Notes: generated by a model from the sequence alone, not told the origin. 64,000 bases of DNA from Corynebacterium sp. (GCF_030535495.1 NZ_JAUNRW010000002.1:3654-67653), one strand, 5' to 3'; counted from the first letter of the stretch, positions 9,557 to 22,948 are shown. Numbers and translations are program-made.

Positions 9557-11184
9557 TGAGCAACAAAGTGGCTCAAGCAGCCAACAACATTGATTCGCGC
9601 TACACCGCGTCCGGTCTGCTGCGTCCGCAGCTGAACAAGGTCTTCCCGACCCACTGGTCCTTCATGCTCGGTGAGATGGCTCTCTACAGCTTCATCATCC
9701 TGCTGCTGACCGGTGTCTACCTGGCGCTGTTCTTCGACCCGTCGATCACCAAGGTGATCTACGACGGCGGCTACCTGCCGCTCAACGGCGTCGAAATGTC
9801 CCGTGCCTACGCAACCGCACTGGACATCTCCTTCGAGGTCCGCGGCGGACTCTTCGTCCGCCAGATGCACCACTGGGCCGCCCTGATGTTCATGATGGCC
9901 ATGGTCGCGCACATGCTGCGTGTCTTCTTCACCGGTGCTTTCCGACGCCCGCGTGAGGCCAACTGGATCATCGGCTGCACCCTGATCATCCTGGGTATGG
10001 CCGAGGGCTTCATGGGCTACTCCCTGCCGGACGACCTGCTCTCCGGCGTCGGCCTCCGCATCATGTCCGCCATCATCCTGGGTCTGCCGATCATCGGTAC
10101 CTGGCTGCACTGGCTGATCTTCGGTGGAGACTTTCCGTCCGACCTCATGCTCGACCGTTTCTACATCGCGCACGTGCTCATCCTGCCGGGTATCATCCTC
10201 GGTCTGATCGCCGCCCACCTGGCGCTGGTCTGGTACCAGAAGCACACCCAGTTCCCGGGCGCCGGCCGCACCGAGAACAACGTCGTCGGCGTCCGCATCA
10301 TGCCGGTCTTCGCCACCAAGGCCATCGGCTACGGTCTCCTGACCGCCGGCGTCCTGGCCCTCATGTCCGGCCTGACGACCATCAACGCGATCTGGAACAT
10401 CGGCCCGTACAACCCGTCGCAGGTCTCCGCAGGTTCCCAGCCTGACGTCTACATGCTGTGGACTGACGGTGTCGCCCGTGTCATGCCGGCATGGGAGCTC
10501 TACCTCGGCAACTACACCATCCCGTCCGCCTTCTGGGTCGCCCTGGTCTGTGGTCTCATGGTCGTGCTGCTGTTCGCCTACCCGTGGATCGAGAAGAAGG
10601 CCACCGGCGACGACGCTCACCACAACCTGCTGCAGCGTCCGCGTGACGTTCCGGTCCGTACCGGCATCGGCGCCATGGGCATCACCTTCTTCCTGCTGGT
10701 GACCATCTCCGGTGGTAACGACCACATCGCCCACTTCTTCCAGATCTCCCTGAACGCGATGACCTGGGTCGGTCGTATCGGCGTCATCATCCTGCCGCCG
10801 CTCGCCTACTTCATCACCCACCGCATCTGTGTCGGCCTGCAGCGTTCCGACCGCGCAGTGCTGGAGCACGGCATCGAGACCGGTGTCATCAAGCAGATGC
10901 CGAACGGTGCCTTCGTGGAGATCCACCAGCCGCTGGGCCCGGTCGACGCACACGGCCACCCGGTCCCGCTGGAGTACGCCGGTGCTGCCGTGCCGAAGCG
11001 TATGAACCAGCTCGGCTTCGCTGACCGCATCTCCCGTGGCTCTCTCATCAAGGCTGACGACCAGCGTTTCACCGACGCTGCCGCTCACACCGCCCACGAG
11101 AACCACCGCGAAGAGGCCGCGATGCTCGACAACCTCAACGAGGTTAACCGCGCCAAGGATCGCGAGTCCGGTTACCTGGACTAA
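9556..11184 (+). CDS. qcrB: Cytochrome b subunit of the bc1 complex
   Basis: [22 protein letters not shown] motifs; 542 aa; TAATG overlap with qcrA. Confidence 0.95.
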   Translation: MSNKVAQAANNIDSRYTASGLLRPQLNKVFPTHWSFMLGEMALYSFIILLLTGVYLALFFDPSITKVIYDGGYLPLNGVEMSRAYATALDISFEVRGGLFVRQMHHWAALMFMMAMVAHMLRVFFTGAFRRPREANWIIGCTLIILGMAEGFMGYSLPDDLLSGVGLRIMSAIILGLPIIGTWLHWLIFGGDFPSDLMLDRFYIAHVLILPGIILGLIAAHLALVWYQKHTQFPGAGRTENNVVGVRIMPVFATKAIGYGLLTAGVLALMSGLTTINAIWNIGPYNPSQVSAGSQPDVYMLWTDGVARVMPAWELYLGNYTIPSAFWVALVCGLMVVLLFAYPWIEKKATGDDAHHNLLQRPRDVPVRTGIGAMGITFFLLVTISGGNDHIAHFFQISLNAMTWVGRIGVIILPPLAYFITHRICVGLQRSDRAVLEHGIETGVIKQMPNGAFVEIHQPLGPVDAHGHPVPLEYAGAAVPKRMNQLGFADRISRGSLIKADDQRFTDAAAHTAHENHREEAAMLDNLNEVNRAKDRESGYLD

Positions 11185-11211
11185 GTTCCGACTGCAGTTT
11201 CCACTGCGCTC

Positions 11212-11263
11212 ACGAGTAGAGACCCTGTCTCCCCGATACCTGGGGGAGGCAGGGTCTCCTCGT
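11212..11263 (+). terminator. Intrinsic terminator after qcrB
   Basis: GAGACCCTGTCTCCCC / GGGGGAGGCAGGGTCTC stem with ACGAG / CTCGT extension. Confidence 0.75.
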
Positions 11264-11346
11264 TGTTCCGGGAGCTGCGTCGCCAAACGGTATCCACACT
11301 GTTATATGTGTGGTTCATGGGCTCCCTGTGACGGGAAACTCCAGCG

Positions 11347-11362
11347 TGTGAGGTAAATCACT
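11347..11362. promoter_or_regulatory. Candidate GlxR (CRP-family) site upstream of nlpC
   Basis: TGTGA-GGTAAA-TCACT, one mismatch to TGTGA-N6-TCACA. Confidence 0.65.
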
Positions 11363-11536
11363 TGCCAGGCGCGGCAGGGGTGGAGTCTCCGTGGCGGCGG
11401 GTTCGATCACTCACCTCGGGGGCATCCCCTAGGGGTTATCCGTGCAGGTCAGGGGGTGTCTGACGTCTGCCGTCTGCCGGCGGCCGCAGGGCGGGCCGGG
11501 GGACGGGCGGCAGCGTTCCGTCGCCACGTTCAAGCG

Positions 11537-11555
11537 GTAACGGGTTGATAACGGC
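11537..11555 (+). promoter_or_regulatory. Candidate MtrA site upstream of nlpC
   Basis: GTAACGGG-TTG-ATAACGGC, an 8-3-8 direct repeat with RTAAC cores as recalled for corynebacterial MtrA; nearby sigma-A-like TGGACA (11575) and TAACCT (11599). Confidence 0.5.
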
Positions 11556-11659
11556 GACACGCCGGGCCCTGCGTTGGACAATGTTCGTTGTAGTTTCGTA
11601 ACCTATTCGAGACATTGCGGGGCTTCCCGGTGAAGCCTCCGAATGACTGAACTGAACAT

Positions 11660-11810
11660 ACTGCCTAATCCCCGTAAGGGGAGCCGGGGAACCACTACAA
11701 CGTTTTCTGGGGTGCATCCTCCGCAAGAGCGTCCATCGAGGACGCGGAGTGGGGGAGGGAAGCTTCCGAAGATCCCAACCCGACAGCTAACCCGGTAGGC
11801 ACAAGGAAGA
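11660..11810 (+). ncRNA. c-di-AMP (ydaO/yuaA) riboswitch
   Basis: Family hallmarks AATCC..AAGGGGAGCCGGGGAACC, TGGGGTG, AACCCGACAGCTAACCCGGTAGGC; closing TGCCTA (11662) / TAGGCA (11796) pairing; precedes a cell-wall hydrolase. Confidence 0.92.
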
Positions 11811-11825
11811 TCTGGAGAAACATTC

Positions 11826-12443
11826 GTGGCTCAGCACCGTCGCGTGACCAAGACCGCTACCCGCCGCATCGCGGCCGCCTCTGCGGTCGTCATGGGCACC
11901 ACCGTCCTCGCACCGGGCGTCGCTCAGGCCGTCGAGGTCACCATCCCGAACACCGGCATCACCGTCAACGTTCCGGGTCTGGAGAACGTGCCGAACATCG
12001 AGCAGTTCGTCCCCGCCGCCCCGGCAGCCCAGGAGGCCGCCAACTCCTACGTGGCCAACATCGCCGCGCAGGCTCCGGCAGCCGCACCGGCCGCCTCCTC
12101 CCAGGGCCAGGCCATCGCGAACGCTGTGCGTTCCAAGATCGGTGCCCCCTACGCCTGGGGTGCCACCGGCCCCTCGGCCTTCGACTGCTCCGGCCTGACC
12201 TCCTGGGCCTACCAGCAGGTCGGCAAGTCCATCCCGCGCACCTCCCAGGCTCAGGCCTCCCAGGGCCAGCGCGTCTCCCTGGACCAGCTGCAGCCGGGTG
12301 ACATCATCGCCTACTACGGCGGTGCCTCCCATGTCGGTATCTACGTCGGCAACGGCATGATCGTCGACGCCCTCAACTCCGGTAGCCCGGTCGGAGAGCG
12401 TCCGCTGCACTTCCAGCCGATCCACTCCGCAGTGCGCTTCTAA
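11826..12443 (+). CDS. nlpC: Secreted NlpC/P60 peptidoglycan endopeptidase
   Basis: Signal peptide; YAWGATGPSAFDCSGL and HVGIY catalytic motifs. Confidence 0.9.
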   Translation: MAQHRRVTKTATRRIAAASAVVMGTTVLAPGVAQAVEVTIPNTGITVNVPGLENVPNIEQFVPAAPAAQEAANSYVANIAAQAPAAAPAASSQGQAIANAVRSKIGAPYAWGATGPSAFDCSGLTSWAYQQVGKSIPRTSQAQASQGQRVSLDQLQPGDIIAYYGGASHVGIYVGNGMIVDALNSGSPVGERPLHFQPIHSAVRF

Positions 12444-12458
12444 GCACTGTCACCACCT

Positions 12459-12490
12459 GCAGCCCATCCCCGTTGAAGGGGGTGGGCTGC
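12459..12490 (+). terminator. Intrinsic terminator after nlpC
   Basis: GCAGCCCATCCCC-GTTGAA-GGGGGTGGGCTGC hairpin. Confidence 0.75.
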
Positions 12491-12547
12491 TGGCGTTTTC
12501 CGGCTCGCCGACAACAGTAACCACACCCGTCACGACCTCGTGTCTGG

Positions 12548-12580
12548 GTGTTTACTCAGTTGTTATTAAGGGTCTATAGT
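12548..12580 (+). promoter_or_regulatory. Promoter of the second NlpC/P60 gene with an MtrA-like repeat
   Basis: -10 TATAGT at 12575-12580; minus strand ATAACAAC-TGA-GTAAACAC (12548-12566) lies over the -35 region. Confidence 0.45.
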
Positions 12581-12625
12581 TATCTCGGGCATTCGCCCTC
12601 CGAAGACCTTTCCGAAAGAGTGACC

Positions 12626-13645
12626 GTGCGCTTTTTACCTGGTGTGAACCACACGATCCGTCTCAGTGCTGCCGCTGTGCTCGGTACCGCCCTCATCGTG
12701 GGTGGCGGGACCGCGCCCCGGGCCACCGCCGATGACGTGGAGACCCTCATCGCCTCGATGGAGGAGGTCTCCCACGAGGCCACCGCGAAGAGCGAGGAGG
12801 TCAAGCAGCTCGAGCTCGAGATCGAGGAAGGCCAGGGTCGCATCGACGGCCTCAAGGAGCAGGCGGAGCAGGCCCGCCAGCGGGCACAGGACGCGCAGGC
12901 AGCCCAGCGGGACTTCCAGAATGACGTCAACGGGCTCGCCGGGGCCAAGTACCGCAGCCTCATGGTCGATCCCGTCACCAACGCCATCGCCGCGTCCAAC
13001 CCGCAGAATGCGATCGACCGGGCGGCCTACCTGGGCACCCTGACGCGGAACACCGAACGCGCCGTCGATAAGCTCGCGGCAGCCACGGCGGAAGCCGGGC
13101 GGGCTCACACCACCGCCTCCCGCACCGTGGCCGAGGCCAACTTCACGCAGTCGCAGCTGGAGAAGCAGCACCGCGTCCTCGCGCAGGAGCAGGAGGAGCT
13201 GCAGGAGCGCATCCGTGAGATCGAGGAGCAGGTCTCCGCCCTCGACGAGGCCGCCCGTGCCCTGTGGGAGAACAAGAACAACCCCCTGGTACCGCTGTCC
13301 CTGACCGGCGACGGCGTGGTCGGCGCGGCCCTGAGCAAGCTCGGCTCACCCTACGGATGGGGCGCCACCGGCCCCAACCAGTTCGACTGCTCCGGCCTCA
13401 TGGTGTGGGCCTACCAGCAGCAGGGCAAGTCCATTCCGCGTACCTCCCAGGCGCAGCTGGCGGGTGGCACCCCGGTCTCCCGCGCGGAGCTGCAGCCGGG
13501 CGACATCGTCGGCTACTACCCGGGTGTCACCCATGTGGGCATGTACATCGGCGACGGACAGCTCGTCCACGCCTCCGATTACGGCATCCCCGTGCAGGTG
13601 GTCTCGGTCGACTCCATGCCGTGGGCCGGCGCCGTGCGCTACTAG
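12626..13645 (+). CDS. Secreted coiled-coil NlpC/P60 peptidoglycan endopeptidase (RipC-like); start codon uncertain (12626 or 12644)
   Basis: Signal peptide, long coiled coil, YGWGATGPNQFDCSGL and HVGMY. Confidence 0.88.
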   Translation: MRFLPGVNHTIRLSAAAVLGTALIVGGGTAPRATADDVETLIASMEEVSHEATAKSEEVKQLELEIEEGQGRIDGLKEQAEQARQRAQDAQAAQRDFQNDVNGLAGAKYRSLMVDPVTNAIAASNPQNAIDRAAYLGTLTRNTERAVDKLAAATAEAGRAHTTASRTVAEANFTQSQLEKQHRVLAQEQEELQERIREIEEQVSALDEAARALWENKNNPLVPLSLTGDGVVGAALSKLGSPYGWGATGPNQFDCSGLMVWAYQQQGKSIPRTSQAQLAGGTPVSRAELQPGDIVGYYPGVTHVGMYIGDGQLVHASDYGIPVQVVSVDSMPWAGAVRY

Positions 13646-13657
13646 TACCATTCGGGC

Positions 13658-14746
13658 ATGCCGCGGACACTGCTGGTCACCAATGACTTCCCGCCCACGG
13701 TGGGAGGCATCCAGTCCTACCTCCGGGATTTCCTGGACACCCTCGACCCGTCCGAGGTCGTCGTCTTCGCCTCGACGCAGGACCCGGTAGCCGCCGCCGA
13801 GTATGACCGTTCCGTGCCCTACCGCGTGGTCCGCTGGCCCCGCCACGTCATGCTCCCCACGCCGACCACGGCCGAGGCGATGGGCCAGATCATCCGGGAA
13901 CTCGACATCGACACCGTGTGGTTCGGGGCCGCCGCGCCCCTGGCACTCATGGGACCGGCGGCCCGCCGGGCCGGGGCGGCGCGCATCATCGCCAGCACCC
14001 ACGGGCACGAGGTGGGCTGGTCCATGCTGCCCGGCGCCCGCCGGGTGCTGCGCCGCATCGGCGACAGCGCTGACGTGGTCACCTACATCTCCGACTACAC
14101 CCTGCGGCGCTTCCGCCGGGCCTTCGGCAGCCATCCGCAGTTCCGTCACCTTCCCTCCGGGGTGGACACGGACTGGTTCCGCCCCGCGCCCCGTGTGGAC
14201 GGGCCGCCGACCGTCATCTGTGTGTCGCGGCTGGTGCCGCGTAAGGGTCAGGACATGCTGCTTGCTGTCTGGCCGGACGTCCTGGCCCGATATCCCGACG
14301 CCCGCCTGCGTATCGTGGGGACCGGGCCGTACGAGGCCCGGCTGCGGACCCTGGCGCAACCCCTCGGTGAGGCCGTGGAGTTCACCGGCTCGCTCACCGC
14401 ACCCGAGCTACGCGACGCGCTCGCCGCCGCCGACGTCTTCGCCATGCCGGCCCGTACCCGCGGGAAGGGACTCGATGTCGAGGGGCTCGGCATCGTCTAC
14501 CTGGAGGCGCAGGCCAGCGGCGTGCCCGTCATCGCGGGCACTTCGGGCGGGGCCCCCGAGACGGTCACCCGCGATACCGGCATCGTCGTCGACGGCCGGA
14601 ATGCCACAGAACTGACCGACGCCCTGTGTGCGCTGCTGGGCGACCCGCAGCGGGCGGCCGCGATGGGGCAGGCGGGGCGTCGATACGCACACGCGGAATG
14701 GTCCTGGGAGATCATGGGCGCGCGACTGCGGGATATACTCGCCTAG
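13658..14746 (+). CDS. pimB: GT4 GDP-mannose-dependent phosphatidylinositol mannosyltransferase (PimB')
   Basis: TNDFPPTVGGIQSY, RLVPRKGQD and EGLGIVYLEA (EX7E) motifs; conserved position. Confidence 0.85.
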   Translation: MPRTLLVTNDFPPTVGGIQSYLRDFLDTLDPSEVVVFASTQDPVAAAEYDRSVPYRVVRWPRHVMLPTPTTAEAMGQIIRELDIDTVWFGAAAPLALMGPAARRAGAARIIASTHGHEVGWSMLPGARRVLRRIGDSADVVTYISDYTLRRFRRAFGSHPQFRHLPSGVDTDWFRPAPRVDGPPTVICVSRLVPRKGQDMLLAVWPDVLARYPDARLRIVGTGPYEARLRTLAQPLGEAVEFTGSLTAPELRDALAAADVFAMPARTRGKGLDVEGLGIVYLEAQASGVPVIAGTSGGAPETVTRDTGIVVDGRNATELTDALCALLGDPQRAAAMGQAGRRYAHAEWSWEIMGARLRDILA

Positions 14747-15646
14747 ATGAATACGGTGGGTTTTGATATCGGGGGGACGCAGTGCCGCGCCGCCGTGGTG
14801 ACAGCGGACGGAAAGATCCTCAAGCAGCGCACGGTGCCCACCCCGCGCACGGCCGCCGCGCTCGAGGACGCCGTCGCCGCGCTTGTCGACGAACTACGCC
14901 CGCTCGATCCGGGGGCCGTCGGACTGGCGGTGGCCGGCTTCCTCGACCCGCAACGGGAGATCGTCCGTTTCGCCCCGCACCTGCCGTGGCGTGACACTCC
15001 CGTGCGCGCCCGCCTGCAGGAACGTCTCGGCCTGCCGGTCGTCATGGAACATGACGCCAACTCCGCCGCCTGGGGCGAGTACCGCTTCGGCGCCGCCCGC
15101 GGGGTGGGAACGTGGGTGTTCTTCGCCGTCGGTACCGGCATCGGCGCCGCCCTCATGATCGACGGGGAGATCTTCCGGGGTGCCTACGGGACCGCGCCTG
15201 AGTTCGGGCACCTCACCGTGGTGCGCGGCGGCCGGGAATGCGCCTGCGGAAAGCGCGGATGCCTGGAACGCTACGCCTCCGGCACCGCCCTGGCGGACAC
15301 CGCCGAGGCCCATGGCATGGGCCCGGGACTCAGCGGGCACGCCATCATGACCGCCGCCCGCAGCGGTGATGAGCGCGCCCGCGCGGTGCTGGCGGACTTC
15401 GCCGGCTGGCTGGGACAGGGGCTGAGTATGGTGGCTGACGTGCTCGATCCGGAGGTCATCGTGCTGGGTGGGGGAGTCGCCGCCGACGCCGATCTCTTCC
15501 TCCCGGACGCGGTGGCCGACATGGGCCGGTCCATTGTCGGAGCCGGCCATCGCATCCTGCCGGTCGTGGGAACCGCGGAACTGGGGGCGCACGCGGGTAT
15601 GATCGGCGTGTCCGATCTTGCGCGCACCGAACTCACAGGGGAGTAG
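14747..15646 (+). CDS. glk: ROK-family glucokinase
   Basis: DIGGT, EHDANSAAWGE, GTGIG, EFGH, CACGKRGCLE zinc motif. Confidence 0.92.
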   Translation: MNTVGFDIGGTQCRAAVVTADGKILKQRTVPTPRTAAALEDAVAALVDELRPLDPGAVGLAVAGFLDPQREIVRFAPHLPWRDTPVRARLQERLGLPVVMEHDANSAAWGEYRFGAARGVGTWVFFAVGTGIGAALMIDGEIFRGAYGTAPEFGHLTVVRGGRECACGKRGCLERYASGTALADTAEAHGMGPGLSGHAIMTAARSGDERARAVLADFAGWLGQGLSMVADVLDPEVIVLGGGVAADADLFLPDAVADMGRSIVGAGHRILPVVGTAELGAHAGMIGVSDLARTELTGE

Positions 15647-15650
15647 TCCG

Positions 15651-16391
15651 ATGGAAAAGAAGTGGTACTGGCTGTACAAGAACGTCCTCATCGGCCCGTT
15701 CCTGCGCGTCTGGAACCGCCCCACCATCGAGGGCATCGAGAACATCCCGGACACCGGCGCCGCCATCATCGCCTCCACCCACCAGGCGGTCATGGACTCC
15801 TTCTTCTTCCCCGCGCTCAGCCCCCGGAACATCACGTTCCCGGCCAAGTCCGAGTACTTCACCAACCCGGGTCTCATCGGTCGTGTGCAGAGGTGGTTCT
15901 TCACCTCCATCGGCCAGATCCCGGTCGAGCGGGGAGCCGCCAACGCCGGTGACGCCACCCTCGCCGCCGCCCGCACCGTGCTCGACCGCGGCGATGTCCT
16001 GGGTATCTACCCGGAGGGCACCCGCTCCCCGGACGGGCGCATCTACAAGGGACGTACCGGCATGGCCCGCATCGCGCTGGCCACCGGCGCCCCGATCGTG
16101 CCGCTGGCCATGATCGGTTCCCGCGACGCCAACCCCATCGGCACGTGGATCCCGCGGCCCCGCAAGGTCCGCATGAAGGTCGGCGAGATCATCGACGGCC
16201 GCGCCTACGTCGAGTCCCTCGGAATCGACCCGGATTCCCGGGAGGCCGCCCGCCCCCTCACCGACCACGTCATGGCCGTGCTCACCGAGCTCTCGGGGCA
16301 GCCGTACGTGGACATGTACGCCTCCGAGGTCAAGGAATCTCTGGCCGCCGGCCGTGGTTGGCCGGAGGGTGCCGCGCCGGCTCTTGGCTAA
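15651..16391 (+). CDS. plsC: 1-acyl-sn-glycerol-3-phosphate acyltransferase
   Basis: HX4D (HQAVMD), IYPEGTRS motifs; SD GGGGAG. Confidence 0.9.
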   Translation: MEKKWYWLYKNVLIGPFLRVWNRPTIEGIENIPDTGAAIIASTHQAVMDSFFFPALSPRNITFPAKSEYFTNPGLIGRVQRWFFTSIGQIPVERGAANAGDATLAAARTVLDRGDVLGIYPEGTRSPDGRIYKGRTGMARIALATGAPIVPLAMIGSRDANPIGTWIPRPRKVRMKVGEIIDGRAYVESLGIDPDSREAARPLTDHVMAVLTELSGQPYVDMYASEVKESLAAGRGWPEGAAPALG

Positions 16392-17590
16392 ACGCCAGGT
16401 CAGCTCTATACTTGACGGCTGGACTGCGCCGGATTGCTTCCGGCCGGTAGAAGTTGGCTGCGCGTACGGGATGAGGTGAGGCACGTGTCAGCATCCCCCG
16501 TCACTCCTGTGTCCCCGGCGAAAACCCGCCTGCGCTGGCCCGATGTGGCCAAAGGTCTGTCCATCATCGGAGTGGTCCTGCTCCACGTGAGCCTCGCGGT
16601 GCCGGAGGGCATGGAGACCACGGCGGCCTATCTCAACCGCATCCTCGATCCCCTGCGGATGCCCCTGTTCTTCATGGTCAGTGGCTTCTTCTCGGCGAAG
16701 GTGTTCGGTTTCACATTCAAGGATCTCTTCCTGCGCCGCCTGTGGTTCTTCCTCGTGCCGTATGTCCTGTGGGTGCCCATCGAACTGTGGTTCAAGTTCC
16801 GCGAATGGCACATCTTCGACGGCAAAGAGATGCCGGGGATCTCCCACTACCTGGCCCACATCGTCGAGGGCCGGAACATGTACTGGTTCCTCTACGCCCT
16901 GGTGATCTTCAACGTCGTGCTGTGGCTGACCAGGAAGATGCCGTGGTGGGCGGGAGTGCTGGCCGGTTTCGCCCCGATCCTCATCCTGCCGCTGCACGCC
17001 GATCAGCACATGATCGGCAAGGCCGTCCTGTACCTGCCGGCCTTCCTCCTCGGTGCGCACCTGCGCCACCACATCAGCCACTTCGCGGAGACCGCGACCT
17101 CCCTGCGCCACCTCACGCGCGGCACCATCCTCTACGCCGCCGGTTTCACGGTGGCGGCCGTGTGGGCCTGGTGGAACACGGTCAGTGAGGTCTCCTTGGG
17201 ATGGCCGCTGCCTTTCGCGGAGACCGTCGGATTCGTCGACCTGCGACTGATTGTCAATTCCCTGGTGCAGCTGCTCATGCTGCCCATGGCGGTCATCGTG
17301 GCGGTCCTGCTCTCCCGGATCCCGGTCGTGGTCGACGTGCTGAGTTTCCTCGGCCGCCACACCCTGGTGATCTACCTGGGCCACCCCATCGCCCTGACGG
17401 TGCTCTACCACTACAACCTGCGGGACTGGGAGCTGCCGATCACCCGCGGCGCGGACAGCGTCCTCTACGAGACCGCCCTGTGGATTCTCATCGGCCTGGC
17501 CATCTCCGCCCTCGGCTCGTTTGGCCTGTGGTTGATCACCCGCATTCCCTACCTGCGGTGGTCGATCATGCCGCCGCTGCTGACTGCTGC

Positions 17591-20779
<3,189 letters not shown>

Positions 20780-20790
20780 TCGGTTGCTTA

Positions 20791-20827
20791 TCGACGCCGC
20801 GCTTCCCCCCGGGAGCGCGGCGTTCGA
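20791..20827. terminator. Bidirectional terminator between convergent aroG and pknL
   Basis: TCGACGCCGCGCTTCCC / GGGAGCGCGGCGTTCGA hairpin; the 5' arm overlaps a GCTTATCGACG copy. Confidence 0.65.
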
Positions 20828-20830
20828 CGT

Positions 20831-22948
20831 CTAGAGACTCAGGCGGACAGTGGAGTCGAGGCGGGCGTCGTCACCGGCGTCCGGGCGCTGCCGGGTGACC
20901 TGGGCGTTGCCGTCCCCGGAATAGCGGGCGGTCAGGCCGACGGATTCGAGGGTCTCGGTGGCCTGGGCGGCGGTCATACCGACCACGTTCGGGACGGTGA
21001 CACGGCCGGCGAAGGTGAGGGTGACGTCGGCATCCTCCGGGTCGATGACCTCCCCGGCCGAGGGGCTGGTGCGCACGACGGTGTCGGGACGCACGCCCAC
21101 GGCGCTGCGGTCACGGCGGGTGTCCTCCACCGTGAAACCGGCGGCGTTGAGGGCGGCGGTGGCCTCGGCCTCGGACATGCCCTCGACATCGGGGACGGTG
21201 AGGCCGCTGTTGACCACCAGGGTCACCTCGCTGCCGCGGGTGAGGGTGGTGCCGGGCTCGGGGGAGACGGACAGGACCTGATCGGTGGGCACGTCGGCGT
21301 CGTAACGCTTCTCGACGTGCGCGATACGCAGCTCCAGTTCCCCGAGCCGGGTTTCGGCCTCGGAGAGGGGCACACCGACGATGGCGGGTACCTGGATGGG
21401 TTCCGGGCCCCGCGACAGGTGCACGGTGACGGTGGAGCCGATGCGCACGGCCTCGCCCACGGCCGGATCGGTCTCGGCGACCCGACCCTCCTCGACATCC
21501 GCCGACCAGACCGGATCACCTGTGGTCACCTGCAGGGTGCGTTCGGCGGCGGCCGCCTGGTAGGAGATGACATCCATCCCCTGCGGATCGGGCACGGTGG
21601 GACGGCCCTGGGAGACCAGCACGGTGACCTCGTCGCCGCGCACCAGGCGTTCCCCGTCGGCCGGTTCGGTGCCGGCGATGAGATCGGCGGGCACGTCATC
21701 GTGGTAGACGATCTCGGTCACGGGACGAAACCCGGCCTCCTCCACGGTGGTGACCGCCGCCGTGCGGTCCATGCCGAGTACCTGCGGGATCTCCCCGTAG
21801 CGGCCGGAACCGAACCACCAGGCACCCACGGCGATGGCGGCGGTGAGCAGGGTGATCACCAGCAGCCACACGACCAGGCCCACCTTCGAGCGGTTGCTCA
21901 CCGGAGCCGGCTGTTCCGGCTCCTCCTCCGGCAGCTGCGCAGGCACTTCGGGAGGGGGCTGCGGGGTCAGGGACTCCTGGACGCGGGTCTCGTGCGGGTT
22001 GTCGGGGACGACCTCGGTCACCATGGTCGGCGGCCCCACGAGGTCGGTGATGTCCGTCGGCACCGCTGCCGCACGGGTGGCGGCCGAGTTCTCCGGCACC
22101 GGGACGGTGAAGGCGGGCAGCGCCAGCTCTCCGGCCACATCGTCGAGCGCCGCCAGGAACTCGGCGGCGTCCGCGAAGCGGTCACGAGGGTCGCGGGAGG
22201 TGGCGGTGGCCACGAGGGCGTCGATAAGCGGCGGAACGCCCGAGATGCGGGCACTCGGCGCGGGGACGTCGTCTTCGAGGCGTCGATAAGCATGGTCCAG
22301 CGGGGTGTCGCCCGAAAATGGCGTGGTGCCGGTGAGCAGCTCGAACAGGACGATGCCGGCGGAGTAGACGTCGGAGGCGGGCGTGATGTCGGTGCCGTCG
22401 ACCTGCTCGGGGGAGAGGTAGGCGGCGGTGCCGACGATCTGGGAACTGGTGGATGCGGCAGCCGCCGCCCGCACCAGCCCGAAATCGGCGAGTTTCACGC
22501 GGTGGTCGCCGTTGATGAGGACATTGTCCGGCTTGATGTCCCGGTGGACCAGGCCGCCGGAATGCGCCACGGACAGCCCCGTGAGCACCGCGCGCAGGAC
22601 CGTGACCGCGGCGTGCGGCGGCATGGGGCCGCGTTCTGCCAGCAACTCGCGCAGCGTGCCACCGGTGATCAGTTCCATGATGAGGAAGAGGTGGTCACCA
22701 TCCGAACCGAAGTCGTAGACATTGACCAGGTTCGGGTGGTTGAGCTGGGCCATCGCGCGGGCCTCGCGGCGGAAGCGCTGCCGGAACACCGGGTCCGCGA
22801 TGTACTTCTCGTCGAGGACCTTGGCGGCGACCGCACGCCCCAGACGCAGGTCCACACAGCGCCAGACCATGGACATGCCACCGCGCGCGATCGGGTGATC
22901 GATGCGGTAACGGTCCTCGAGGAGGTCTCCCACTGCCAGTTGAGCCAT
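20831..22948 (-). CDS. pknL: Ser/Thr protein kinase with TM helix and PASTA repeats
   Basis: IARGGMS, VAAK, HRDIKPDN, DFG, YLSPE; TM then several PASTA repeats; ATG 22948 (MAQLAVGD). Confidence 0.92.
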   Translation of the reverse strand: MAQLAVGDLLEDRYRIDHPIARGGMSMVWRCVDLRLGRAVAAKVLDEKYIADPVFRQRFRREARAMAQLNHPNLVNVYDFGSDGDHLFLIMELITGGTLRELLAERGPMPPHAAVTVLRAVLTGLSVAHSGGLVHRDIKPDNVLINGDHRVKLADFGLVRAAAAASTSSQIVGTAAYLSPEQVDGTDITPASDVYSAGIVLFELLTGTTPFSGDTPLDHAYRRLEDDVPAPSARISGVPPLIDALVATATSRDPRDRFADAAEFLAALDDVAGELALPAFTVPVPENSAATRAAAVPTDITDLVGPPTMVTEVVPDNPHETRVQESLTPQPPPEVPAQLPEEEPEQPAPVSNRSKVGLVVWLLVITLLTAAIAVGAWWFGSGRYGEIPQVLGMDRTAAVTTVEEAGFRPVTEIVYHDDVPADLIAGTEPADGERLVRGDEVTVLVSQGRPTVPDPQGMDVISYQAAAAERTLQVTTGDPVWSADVEEGRVAETDPAVGEAVRIGSTVTVHLSRGPEPIQVPAIVGVPLSEAETRLGELELRIAHVEKRYDADVPTDQVLSVSPEPGTTLTRGSEVTLVVNSGLTVPDVEGMSEAEATAALNAAGFTVEDTRRDRSAVGVRPDTVVRTSPSAGEVIDPEDADVTLTFAGRVTVPNVVGMTAAQATETLESVGLTARYSGDGNAQVTRQRPDAGDDARLDSTVRLSL

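Noticed and set aside
11290-11298. GTATCCACA, a one-mismatch DnaA box
   Set aside because: A single isolated box with no cluster or AT-rich unwinding element; better described as part of the CCACAC palindrome
11399-11412. GGTTCGATC resembling a tRNA T-loop
   Set aside because: The flanks do not form a T-stem and no cloverleaf or acceptor stem is present
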